Source: a virus. Taken from it: DNA of 64,000 bases. Location: the IMG/VR virus record IMGVR_UViG_3300037424_002120, positions 31,483 to 95,482 of that record; one strand, written 5' to 3'. Each line of letters opens with the position of its first letter. Within the stretch, counting starts at the first letter, position 1. The notes beneath the pieces are model-generated. The model saw only the letters and a program-made list of their open reading frames with translations. It made no database searches and had not been told where the DNA came from. Of this stretch, positions 1 to 7,598 are shown piece after piece. A program made the position numbers and the translations under genes.

Positions 1-39
1 ATCGATACACACGGACTGTATTCATGGTAGTATTCTCGC

Positions 40-453
40 ATGAATACAGATAGATTACAAGTGGGTAAAACCAGATGGTGCCATTACATGATCGGGTACC
101 ACTTGGTTTGGATACCCAAGTACAGGAGAAAAATCTTTGTGGGAGGAGTTGAAGCGGAAACAAAAAAGCTGATTGCAGCATGTTGTGAACAGCATGATGT
201 GACACTTCTTGCGCTCGAAACGGATGTGGATCATGTCCATGTGTTTGTGAGTGCTCCTCCTCGCTTGAGCCCTTCAACGATTGCGGGACTGCTCAAAGGG
301 TACACATCACGGTATCTGCGAGAGAAGTTCCCACATCTCAAGAAATTGTGTGGGAAAGAGCATTTGTGGTCAAGCAGCTATTATGTTGGCACGGCTGGGA
401 GCGTTTCGGCGGAGGTCATTCGCCGCTACATTTCTGAGTGCCAGGGAAAGTAG
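40..453 (+). CDS. tnpA: IS200/IS605 family Y1 (HUH) transposase
   Basis: YHLVWIPKYRR, HUH motif DHVHVFV, LKGYTSR, LWSSSYYVGT and catalytic Tyr helix IRRYI; 137 aa. Confidence 0.97.
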   Translation: MNTDRLQVGKTRWCHYMIGYHLVWIPKYRRKIFVGGVEAETKKLIAACCEQHDVTLLALETDVDHVHVFVSAPPRLSPSTIAGLLKGYTSRYLREKFPHLKKLCGKEHLWSSSYYVGTAGSVSAEVIRRYISECQGK

Positions 454-464
454 CAGAAAGGGAA

Positions 465-528
465 CAGGGCACGCTTTCATCCCAAATCCCCTAGAAGGGG
501 ATGGGACTTCCCGCGTGCCTTTCGTTAA
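465..528. mobile_element. Subterminal hairpin end of the IS200/IS605 element carrying tnpA; rest of element is upstream of the window
   Basis: Imperfect hairpin TCCCAAATCCCCT-AGA-AGGGGATGGGA flanked by GGCACGC/GCGTGCC just after the tnpA stop. Confidence 0.75.
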
Positions 529-730
529 TTTCAGAGCGTGGTATAAATACGGCGAAAAGATGCTTGAAGTGGTAAGTATCCATTTTGGCAGAGAGCAAGT
601 GTACGTGCGCATTTTAAAGCCTATCAATGACATCTACGATGGTGAACTGTATTGTATCTCTTCTGTTGAGTTGAGAGACAACAAGATAGTTGCCATGTAT
701 TATAAAGCACGCCGTTAGCAGAAATGGACG

Positions 731-925
731 ATGATGGAACTCCAAGACATACAGCAAGAGATGCAAAAGTGCAAAAAGTATGATCCAGCAAAAGCACACG
801 TAAAAGCTGACGCGCTTCTGAGCGAACTGGCAACGCTACTAGCATCTCGTATCGATGTTGAAACGCAGCAAAAGACGCAACAGATTATACAGACTTACGA
901 TAAAATCAAGAAGTGGTATGCTTAG
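731..925 (+). CDS. Hypothetical protein
   Basis: 64-aa ORF, HVKADALL...YDKIKKWYA pattern typical of small phage proteins. Confidence 0.55.
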   Translation: MMELQDIQQEMQKCKKYDPAKAHVKADALLSELATLLASRIDVETQQKTQQIIQTYDKIKKWYA

Positions 926-1293
926 CTGAAAGGATACACAGCCATGCACAGTTATGGAGGTCATCGGCAACATCTGGGAGCACCAAACCCTCCTAGACAG
1001 CACTGAGCAGCCCGACAATACCCAGTAGTCAATGTTTGCACCTAGTTTTGTATTGCTCAGCAAAGAGGCTTTAGATTGCCGCTAGGTGCCAAAATCTCGG
1101 CAAAGTGCTCAGAAAATGCGAGAAAACACGGCAAAACATTTCAGTTTTTGCCGACAAGCCAGAAATCTGCGCAGTACTGCGCAAAATGTCACCAAAAGTA
1201 CTATAATGCAGGCATGATTTGGCAAAAGGCACACAGAATCGCGGGAAAACAGAATCGATTGCCGCCTAAAGCCAAGAAAAGAAAGGACACAAC

Positions 1294-1587
1294 ATGCAAA
1301 GCAAAACAGTAATGACATTACAGTGCGCATTAACATTTCATCCACGAGTGATGTCATATGATGCAAATCATGAGACGCCTGCTTATGTTGTAATTGAGAG
1401 GTTTTACAGGCACTTTGGTGCTGATGTGCTGGACTCGTGCGTTTTTAGCCTGGCCGTCATTAGAGAAGGAAAACTAGAAGAGAGTATGATGTTCTTCAAT
1501 TACGAAGAATTAGAGCAGGGATTGATAAAAAACGTGCACGGCGGGCGTGAGATCTCTCTCGGAGAGCATTGGACAGCAACTCAGTGA
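1294..1587 (+). CDS. Hypothetical protein
   Basis: RBS AGAAAGGA upstream of ATG; TATAAT at ~1202. Confidence 0.6.
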   Translation: MQSKTVMTLQCALTFHPRVMSYDANHETPAYVVIERFYRHFGADVLDSCVFSLAVIREGKLEESMMFFNYEELEQGLIKNVHGGREISLGEHWTATQ

Positions 1588-1886
1588 GAAAGGACATTGT
1601 GACAGAGAAGCAACGAATAGCAGCAATTGACGCGCTTGCAGAAGAGTTGCTATTCCGATGGAAGAGAAGCACATTTTGTGGATATAGCACTGAGGCGAAA
1701 GAATGCCTCAGAACTCGTACAATTAAACAGTTGCGTACACTACATGAGGATGGCAATCTCAATGCAAAAGATGTGTATGAGTTCTTGATTACAGGATATT
1801 GGCATAATGCCACAGAAGAACAGAAGTTGAAGTGTGAGAATGCAGTACAAGCGATGAAAGAAATTCTAAAAGAGGAGACAAATTAG
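1569..1886 (+). CDS. Hypothetical protein (true start possibly GTG at 1584)
   Basis: Overlaps previous gene; ends before terminator. Confidence 0.5.
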   Translation: MDSNSVRKDIVTEKQRIAAIDALAEELLFRWKRSTFCGYSTEAKECLRTRTIKQLRTLHEDGNLNAKDVYEFLITGYWHNATEEQKLKCENAVQAMKEILKEETN

Positions 1887-1893
1887 CACAAAA

Positions 1894-1931
1894 GAGAGAC
1901 TGCACCTCAACTACGAGAATGCAGTCTCTTT
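1894..1931. terminator. Bidirectional intrinsic terminator
   Basis: AGAGACTGCA...TGCAGTCTCT between convergent genes, A/T tails on both sides. Confidence 0.75.
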
Positions 1932-1933
1932 AG

Positions 1934-2149
1934 CTAAATGCGGCTATCTAGGAACTCTTCAAGCTCTTTAAGAGAGCGAAAACCTTGTGACCTGCTCTCC
2001 AACACAGCATTATCGTCTGGAGAGACGAATGGCGCTATCCAGTATCGTGCTTCTTGCGGGTACTGGTGCCCAACATGGATATACTTCTGGGAACTATTTA
2101 GCCAGTTCCAGCCTGCATTCTTCAATTTCGCGTTAATTTTGTCCTTCAC
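1934..2149 (-). CDS. Hypothetical protein, last gene of ART/HTH operon
   Basis: Start overlaps the stop of the upstream gene; 71 aa. Confidence 0.6.
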   Translation of the reverse strand: MKDKINAKLKNAGWNWLNSSQKYIHVGHQYPQEARYWIAPFVSPDDNAVLESRSQGFRSLKELEEFLDSRI

Positions 2150-2661
2150 TATGCCTTTTCTCCTCTATAGAGCACCAGATAAGCAGCTCTTAGCTTTTGC
2201 TGCATGCCAAGTATTTTTGTCACTGCATGGTCATCGGCCTGGGAGCCTCCGATTTGCTGATAGAAGAGACTTACATACTCCTGAGCTATCCCTATCCTAC
2301 ATCCGGTCATTTCGCTCATCTCGCCAGCACTAGATGCTTGAGCAAAATCTAGATCATTGCTAGATGCTTCTAGAATACTAAAAAGAAGATTAAATGGCTC
2401 TTTAATGGCATAATCGCTAGGGACATCTCTACGATGAATACTAATGCGATGCTTAGCAGCAAATTGAGCCATCTCTTTGATCATGCCAATGTTGCCTTTG
2501 ACACGAGATTGCCCAAGATGTGCAGCATACCACGATTTGAATTGCTCAGATTGATCATCGAGCATTCCCGCTTCAGCAGAGAGTAAGCCAGCATTAATTG
2601 CTGAATAAATCGTTGAGGAGGTAATACCGTACTTACGGCTTACCTCATGCACTGAACGCAT
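2149..2661 (-). CDS. HTH domain fused to unknown cargo domain (possible internal start at 2484)
   Basis: N-term SVHEVSRKYGITSSTIYSAINAG is HTH-like and similar to N-term of 5461-6012; AAAGG precedes internal ATG. Confidence 0.7.
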   Translation of the reverse strand: MRSVHEVSRKYGITSSTIYSAINAGLLSAEAGMLDDQSEQFKSWYAAHLGQSRVKGNIGMIKEMAQFAAKHRISIHRRDVPSDYAIKEPFNLLFSILEASSNDLDFAQASSAGEMSEMTGCRIGIAQEYVSLFYQQIGGSQADDHAVTKILGMQQKLRAAYLVLYRGEKA

Positions 2662-2664
2662 TGC

Positions 2665-3219
2665 CTACCTCACTACCAATTCAAATGCAGACGCGCCTAA
2701 AATGCTAAAATTCATGATGATGACTTCATCCATCCCAACGAAATAACCATCATATCCTTGAGATTGAAGATAAAGGCCGATGATAGCCCATCCCCAATCT
2801 GCAAGAAGATCGTCTTGATTGCAGGTTTTCTGAAGCTTCTCAGAAGGCGCAAGACCTTCATCCGATAGCAACAGATATCCCTGTTCTAATCCCCATTGCC
2901 GAGCTGCTTGACTAGCTTCATCGGCCTGTTGATGCGTTGCCAGTTTTACCCCTGGCAACGATACTTTGACGACTGCAAGATGAAGCTCACTACCCCATCC
3001 ATAAATTTTTTGCCCCCAATCACGTGCATCCCTTTCGCTCCACGTGCAGCTAAAGCCTGAACCACCTTGACACCCGCCTTGGGTTCCAATCTGGTTTTGA
3101 TCAAAACCAGATTGAAGGAGAGACTGAATATTCTCTTTGAGAGAGACATGATAGAATATATCTCCATCACGATACTCATTGATGTATTCCATATATTCTG
3201 CATATGGTACTCTTCGCAT
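2665..3219 (-). CDS. Putative ADP-ribosyltransferase-fold protein
   Basis: FYHVS...SLLQSGF...GSGFSCT...A..W and late GYDG...DEVII, resembling H-Y/F-E clade ART motifs. Confidence 0.55.
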   Translation of the reverse strand: MRRVPYAEYMEYINEYRDGDIFYHVSLKENIQSLLQSGFDQNQIGTQGGCQGGSGFSCTWSERDARDWGQKIYGWGSELHLAVVKVSLPGVKLATHQQADEASQAARQWGLEQGYLLLSDEGLAPSEKLQKTCNQDDLLADWGWAIIGLYLQSQGYDGYFVGMDEVIIMNFSILGASAFELVVR

Positions 3220-3241
3220 AGCGCTGACTCCTCTTCGTTTA

Positions 3242-3296
3242 AATCGTGTACGATTACTATGATAGTAGTATAAATCAATCGTATACGATTTGTCAA
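3242..3296 (-). promoter_or_regulatory. Sigma70-type promoter with two palindromic operators
   Basis: TTGACA (3296-3291), 18 nt, TATACT (3272-3267); perfect palindrome AATCGTATACGATT 3277-3290 and one-mismatch copy AATCGTGTACGATT 3242-3255. Confidence 0.85.
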
Positions 3297-3368
3297 TACC
3301 TTTTCAAGCCTCTTTTCAGCATTCTCGTGTACTCGCTATTGCCTGTATTGCAGCATAGCAAAAGGCAA

Positions 3369-3405
3369 AAAGAAAGCCCGACTCTCGATTAAGAGACATC
3401 GGGCA
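3369..3405 (-). terminator. Intrinsic terminator
   Basis: GCCCGA...TCGGGC stem followed by T-rich tail on the minus strand. Confidence 0.65.
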
Positions 3406-3409
3406 ATTG

Positions 3410-3616
3410 CTACTTTGGTGGCTCCCAATGACGCGGAAAACTCAAATGCACGGTCATCCTTGGGCCAGAGCCAGGCATGATGAGCTTGACGACCATTCTA
3501 CCGCTTTCATCGCCACTATCTTCTGGCTCTTGTTCAAACTCTAATTTGCGTGTGATGCCATCCACCATAACACCACTAAAGAACGATTCAATGTACTCTT
3601 GTGTTTTTTCGTCCAC
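3410..3616 (-). CDS. Hypothetical protein
   Basis: 68-aa ORF, co-oriented, before terminator. Confidence 0.5.
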   Translation of the reverse strand: MDEKTQEYIESFFSGVMVDGITRKLEFEQEPEDSGDESGRMVVKLIMPGSGPRMTVHLSFPRHWEPPK

Positions 3617-3632
3617 AACGTTTTTTCTTATG

Positions 3633-4598
3633 CTAGTGAGCTTCTAACCACACAACAACATTATCAAACTCCTCAATTAGTCTTGCAACATTATACATGA
3701 AGTCGCTTCCTTGCGTATTTGCATCCATAATATCGCTTATTCTACTTCTGAATGCATTTACTAACTCCCGATGAAACCACAGTGTGTTGGTTTTTTGCTC
3801 ACTGACATCCCTGCCAGCCTTCTTGAAGATATTGTAGGCCTCATCGCCTTGCTCCTCTACAGAAGGCACAAGGTCATCCCGTGCACTTTGCAGCTTGTCG
3901 GCCACGGAGATCAGCAGAGCGCCGACAGAGACCTCACTGAGATGATTGAGATAGGCACGCTTCCGATCGAGCCAAGGTGCCTTCTCTTCGCCCCCTGGGC
4001 CTATCTCAGTGCATTCCTTCACGAGATCGAGGACTTCCTGGCCATAATCTCCGCATCCTTCTAAGATACGCCTCTCAGGGTCTCTTTGCGGCTGGTCCTC
4101 AAGAGCATCATGCAGCGCGGATGCTGTAATCATCGCCACAGATCCTCTTGCCATCTGGACCATGAGAGCAACCTTAGAGAGATGCTCTTCGAAGTAGGAC
4201 TTCCCTGTCCTCTTGCGTATCTGTCCCCTGTGCAGTTCTTCTGCAAGATCCATACCCATACTGGGAGGAAGATCCTTCCCAATCACCCAAATTCCTTTTT
4301 TATGATCAAAATCTATACCCTTATCTACATGCCTATCTGCCCACTTCCTTGCAATATCTTCTCGTATTCTTTCATCATCGGAAGAAATTCTAGAAGACCA
4401 ATTCTTATTCATATAAACGAGCACATCTTGCTCGTTTAGCACTTGAGGAAAGGCCGCATTCATTTCCCGACTTATCGCTTGATACCTAGCTTCAAATTCT
4501 TTGCGTCCCATCATCAAAAATCCTTTCTGAGTACCATTCTGGGTGGTAATACTTGCCGTCCATTTCACGTGTATAAGGCCACACGTGGACCTCTCCAC
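3633..4598 (-). CDS. HD-domain protein, RelA/SpoT hydrolase (Mesh1/small alarmone hydrolase)-like, with N-terminal extension; start uncertain
   Basis: HRGQIRK..GKSYFEEHL, ALHDALED, LVKECTE, RKRAYL, SVADKL. Confidence 0.85.
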   Translation of the reverse strand: MERSTCGLIHVKWTASITTQNGTQKGFLMMGRKEFEARYQAISREMNAAFPQVLNEQDVLVYMNKNWSSRISSDDERIREDIARKWADRHVDKGIDFDHKKGIWVIGKDLPPSMGMDLAEELHRGQIRKRTGKSYFEEHLSKVALMVQMARGSVAMITASALHDALEDQPQRDPERRILEGCGDYGQEVLDLVKECTEIGPGGEEKAPWLDRKRAYLNHLSEVSVGALLISVADKLQSARDDLVPSVEEQGDEAYNIFKKAGRDVSEQKTNTLWFHRELVNAFRSRISDIMDANTQGSDFMYNVARLIEEFDNVVVWLEAH

Positions 4599-4734
4599 AG
4601 GGGGATACTTCTACATGTACATTGTCCAGCTCGCAAACGCAATCCTCGCCAATGGATGGACTGCATTTGCAATCTGATATTATAACTCCGTCATGCAAAA
4701 CTTCTTTCAAAACTTCTTTAGTATGGTTGTTCAT
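4492..4734 (-). CDS. Hypothetical Cys-containing protein (may be 3' half of a gene split by the omega-RNA element)
   Basis: GAGGA RBS before MNNHTK; frame is continuous with 5173-5385 if the element is removed. Confidence 0.5.
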   Translation of the reverse strand: MNNHTKEVLKEVLHDGVIISDCKCSPSIGEDCVCELDNVHVEVSPCGEVHVWPYTREMDGKYYHPEWYSERIFDDGTQRI

Positions 4735-4778
4735 GTTTTCCTCGTTGGTGATGTTCCATTTTTCCGATGGAACATCAC

Positions 4779-5192
4779 CAAACGTCCTTTCTGGATACCC
4801 CTGCCCTTTAGGCATGGGGAGGAATGAAAGCATCCCACAGGCTGGAAAATCGGTTGTATATCCTACGAGTTGTAGGAAGTGGTGGCTGACATTGTGAGTG
4901 CCACAACGGGCGTTACCCGTGCCACCATCAGCCAGTTACGGCGCACTGCTTGCGCAGGTAATGGTTGCCTCGACAAGGTTCAAAGCGGTTTAACGCTGCA
5001 AGCACTGGCACTAACCCTCGTCAGCCTGTTTAACCTGCAGCCGTAGAGCATCGGGCTGGCACGCACCCTATGGTACCTATTTCGCCATGAACGTAGTTTC
5101 TGTTTCAAAACTGAGTCTGGTCAGGTGAAACCGTTAGCAACCCGCGAGCGGATTACTGCAAGCCCCTGCCCTTTAGGCATGGGGTCCCTGAC
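4779..5192 (-). mobile_element. Non-autonomous IS200/IS605-family (IscB-type) element, 414 bp, no nuclease ORF
   Basis: Identical terminal hairpin CCCCTGCCCTTTAGGCATGGGG at ~4798-4819 and ~5163-5184; ends TCAC|CAAAC...CCCTGAC on + strand. Confidence 0.88.
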
Positions 5193-5212
5193 ATTCTATT
5201 CGATTGCCTAGC
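4930..5212 (-). ncRNA. omega-RNA (HEARO-like) scaffold of IscB type with 5' flank-derived guide
   Basis: Minus strand: GTCAGGGACCCC...GGGGCTTG...GACCAGACTCAG...CTACGTT...GGGTGCGTGCCAGCCCGATGCTCTACGG...GTTAAACAG...TTGTCGAGGC..CATTACC, the motif order recognised from HEARO/omega-RNAs; 3' end approximate. Confidence 0.85.
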
Positions 5213-5382
5213 ACGCCATGGGCTAATTTCATGGCCTTGTTGAGGCCTCTCAGCCAATCAGATCTTAGCTTGTCTGAATTTCTTGGACCATCTCCTGTCC
5301 AATTTTTGTTCATAAAATCGAGTATCTCTTGCTCGAATTCATGAACTTCCTGAAATGCTTTCATTTTTGGGAAATTATTCAT
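5173..5382 (-). CDS. Hypothetical protein whose stop codon lies in the inserted element
   Basis: AGAAAGGACGTTTG-ATG start; last codons CQGPHA* are element-derived. Confidence 0.6.
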   Translation of the reverse strand: MNNFPKMKAFQEVHEFEQEILDFMNKNWTGDGPRNSDKLRSDWLRGLNKAMKLAHGVLGNRIECQGPHA

Positions 5383-5460
5383 CAAACGTCCTTTCTTCTA
5401 TCAAGCCTACAATTGGCTTGCGCCTGCCGATTACAGAGCAACCGGCAGAAACTAACCAAT

Positions 5461-6012
5461 CTACTGCACTCTCCACAGGCTAAACTTAATTGCTGCATTC
5501 TCTACCGTCTCGGCGCTGTGGACCTCACCCTCTGCAAGGCGAGGTAATTGCGCCTGAATGACAATCAGTTGATCACCGCTTTGGAGAGACACTTTCGGTG
5601 CTCTCTCTGGAATTGGAAGATCGATCCAGAATTTACGCTTGATGGCATCAATTGTTGATGCGTGTGATGGATTAAGAGCAGAAACTACATTAGACCCTTG
5701 CAGGGTTGTTCTTACTCTATCATGATTGATAGAGGTTTTTACCATCGACGCCTCATCGGGAAACATTGTGTCTGATATTGCTAATGAAATGAATGTTGTC
5801 ATTGGATTGACCTTTCTCTTTTGTCTATTTTGCTGGTACCGTGCGTACCAAGCAATGAAATCTGATTGATCAACTGCGTACATTCTGCCCCATGGGGACT
5901 TGTGAGCTTTCAGCCCCCATGGCTTGCCTCTAAAGCCATCGCGTATCGCGTTATTGAGTACGTTGTGTGATATACCGTACTCAATAACATAAGCGGCTAC
6001 AGGCCGCTCCAT
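5461..6012 (-). CDS. HTH domain fused to AcrIII-1/DUF1874 (STIV B116-like) ring nuclease-like domain (5461-5802)
   Basis: 113-aa C-terminal domain FISLAISDTM...VVSALNPSHASTID...ERAPKVSLQSGDQLIVIQ..PRLAEGEV...IKFSLW aligns by eye with AcrIII-1; internal RBS AGAAAGG + ATG at 5802. Confidence 0.78.
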   Translation of the reverse strand: MERPVAAYVIEYGISHNVLNNAIRDGFRGKPWGLKAHKSPWGRMYAVDQSDFIAWYARYQQNRQKRKVNPMTTFISLAISDTMFPDEASMVKTSINHDRVRTTLQGSNVVSALNPSHASTIDAIKRKFWIDLPIPERAPKVSLQSGDQLIVIQAQLPRLAEGEVHSAETVENAAIKFSLWRVQ

Positions 6013-6431
6013 TAAAATCCCTCTGTTCTGGCCTTCTCAGAGGCCCTTTCTTTTGCTTTTAGGACGTTGCTCACAAGGCGCACACGACCTTTAAGGTCTG
6101 TTTGCCTGAGACCCACATCAACGGTAGTCTCAAGGACCTCCTGGATGCTATCGACCTCGTAGACTTTGTGGAATTCAGATTTATCAGCTCCTCTAGGGCC
6201 TGTACGGCCCTTGCCGATAATCTCAAAGCGCGTACCATCAGGAAGCTCGAAGATGGTTTCGACCCATGTCTTACTTTTGTCGTTGCTATCATACCATCGG
6301 GTATTCACGACGTTTTTCTTTACTTCGAACATCCTCTTCCCGTCATGTTCACCCCCAACAAATTTGGATACGACACTGGCAGAGCTGGTTGTGTGGCTCT
6401 CTGAGCCGGTTTCAATTAAAATTTTTGTCAT
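6012..6431 (-). CDS. Hypothetical protein, first gene of the acrIII-1-like operon
   Basis: RBS AGAAAGGA + ATG at 6431; TAATG coupling to the next gene. Confidence 0.7.
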   Translation of the reverse strand: MTKILIETGSESHTTSSASVVSKFVGGEHDGKRMFEVKKNVVNTRWYDSNDKSKTWVETIFELPDGTRFEIIGKGRTGPRGADKSEFHKVYEVDSIQEVLETTVDVGLRQTDLKGRVRLVSNVLKAKERASEKARTEGF

Positions 6432-6479
6432 CAAACGTCCTTTCTGTGTTTGTAAGTCACTCAATCAACTTACAAACGA

Positions 6480-6509
6480 AGTATAGCTCCATTTGAGTGG
6501 AGTTGTCAA
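6480..6509 (-). promoter_or_regulatory. Sigma70-type promoter with inverted repeat in spacer
   Basis: TTGACA-18-TATACT; CTCCA-N6-TGGAG at 6487-6502. Confidence 0.8.
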
Positions 6510-6576
6510 TGATAAAACGTGTATTTCATGCAACTTTTCGGAGCCTGTCAGACCCGTTATACACGTACGTTGCGGA

Positions 6577-6618
6577 CAAAAAAAAAAAAGAGAGGTAGCC
6601 ATCAACTACCTCTCTTTT
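6577..6618. terminator. Intrinsic terminator
   Basis: AAAAGAGAGGTAG-CCATCAA-CTACCTCTCTTTT with long A run. Confidence 0.85.
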
Positions 6619-6628
6619 ACTTCAAATG

Positions 6629-7369
6629 TTATTTGAAGTACTCATCTGCATGAATAAAATCAACACCAGCCGCCTTTGCAGCTTGCTCATCCTCATCACG
6701 GTCACCAACCATCAGCGTGTCCTCTGGGAGGATATCCGCGTCATTCATAGCCTCCCACAGCATCCCAGGACCTGGTTTACGCCTGTCGCTGTCTTCTCTG
6801 TATTGATCAAGAGAGGCTTTGGGATGGCTATAGCAGACATAGAGCCTGTCAGGATAGACACGAGCCTCTATGCACATCCTGGTCAGCTCATCCTGGATAT
6901 CCTGAGATTTCATATATCCGAAAGCAACCCCACCTTGATTGGTGGCTATGGCGACGATTATTCCGCTATCGATCAAGGAATGGATCCTCTGAAGACGGCG
7001 TGGGAGCCACTTCCAGTCATTGGCAGATTTACGGAATGTTTCACCGCTTTTGGTTCTAACTAAAGTACCATCTGCCTCAGATATGACCAGTTTGTACGTC
7101 TTCAAGCGTGTTGTTAATCCCGTCGTTTCTGGAACTTTATACACATATTCACTCGGAGCCACGTACTTTGACCAGTTACTTTCCTGAAATTTTTGCATTC
7201 TCTGTTCCTTCGTTTTGTCTTGTTCTGCTCTTTTGGCAAATTCGATCAATTCTTTCGAGAAATTTGCCAAAAACCCCATTTGCTCTTGAGAAGACAATAA
7301 TCTTAAATGCCCTGCCATGACTTGAAGTATAGCATTAAGCTCCAAATCATCTGGGATGTCTTGTTGCAT
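6629..7369 (-). CDS. HAD-IIIA family phosphatase (polynucleotide 3'-phosphatase/GmhB-like)
   Basis: EADGTL, ATNQGG, RRKPGPGML, MVGDRDEDEQAA. Confidence 0.85.
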   Translation of the reverse strand: MQQDIPDDLELNAILQVMAGHLRLLSSQEQMGFLANFSKELIEFAKRAEQDKTKEQRMQKFQESNWSKYVAPSEYVYKVPETTGLTTRLKTYKLVISEADGTLVRTKSGETFRKSANDWKWLPRRLQRIHSLIDSGIIVAIATNQGGVAFGYMKSQDIQDELTRMCIEARVYPDRLYVCYSHPKASLDQYREDSDRRKPGPGMLWEAMNDADILPEDTLMVGDRDEDEQAAKAAGVDFIHADEYFK

Positions 7370-7382
7370 TGTGTTATCCTTT

Positions 7383-7598
7383 CTAATGATGCTCATCATG
7401 GATACATTCACCGTCCTTGAAAACACGATAGCTTCCTACACGCTCATCCACCGGAATACGTTCCAATTTATTTATGAACTGAAAACGAGACATGGTATTT
7501 GCTTTTGCTTCGTGATCAGGTTTAAACCCTTTTGCAGCTAAATCACTCAAAACGGATGAAACGTTCTTCTTATCGACAATGATTGAATGCTTGTACAC
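7383..7598 (-). CDS. Hypothetical protein
   Basis: RBS AGAAAGGA + GTG. Confidence 0.55.
   Translation of the reverse strand: MYKHSIIVDKKNVSSVLSDLAAKGFKPDHEAKANTMSRFQFINKLERIPVDERVGSYRVFKDGECIHDEHH

Noticed and set aside
281-718. 145-aa ORF overlapping tnpA
   Set aside because: 5' part crosses tnpA and the IS end; at most the 3' part is a remnant of an interrupted gene.
4779-5192. IStron (group I intron) interpretation
   Set aside because: Length is accounted for by the ends plus the omega-RNA; no intron core motifs recognised.
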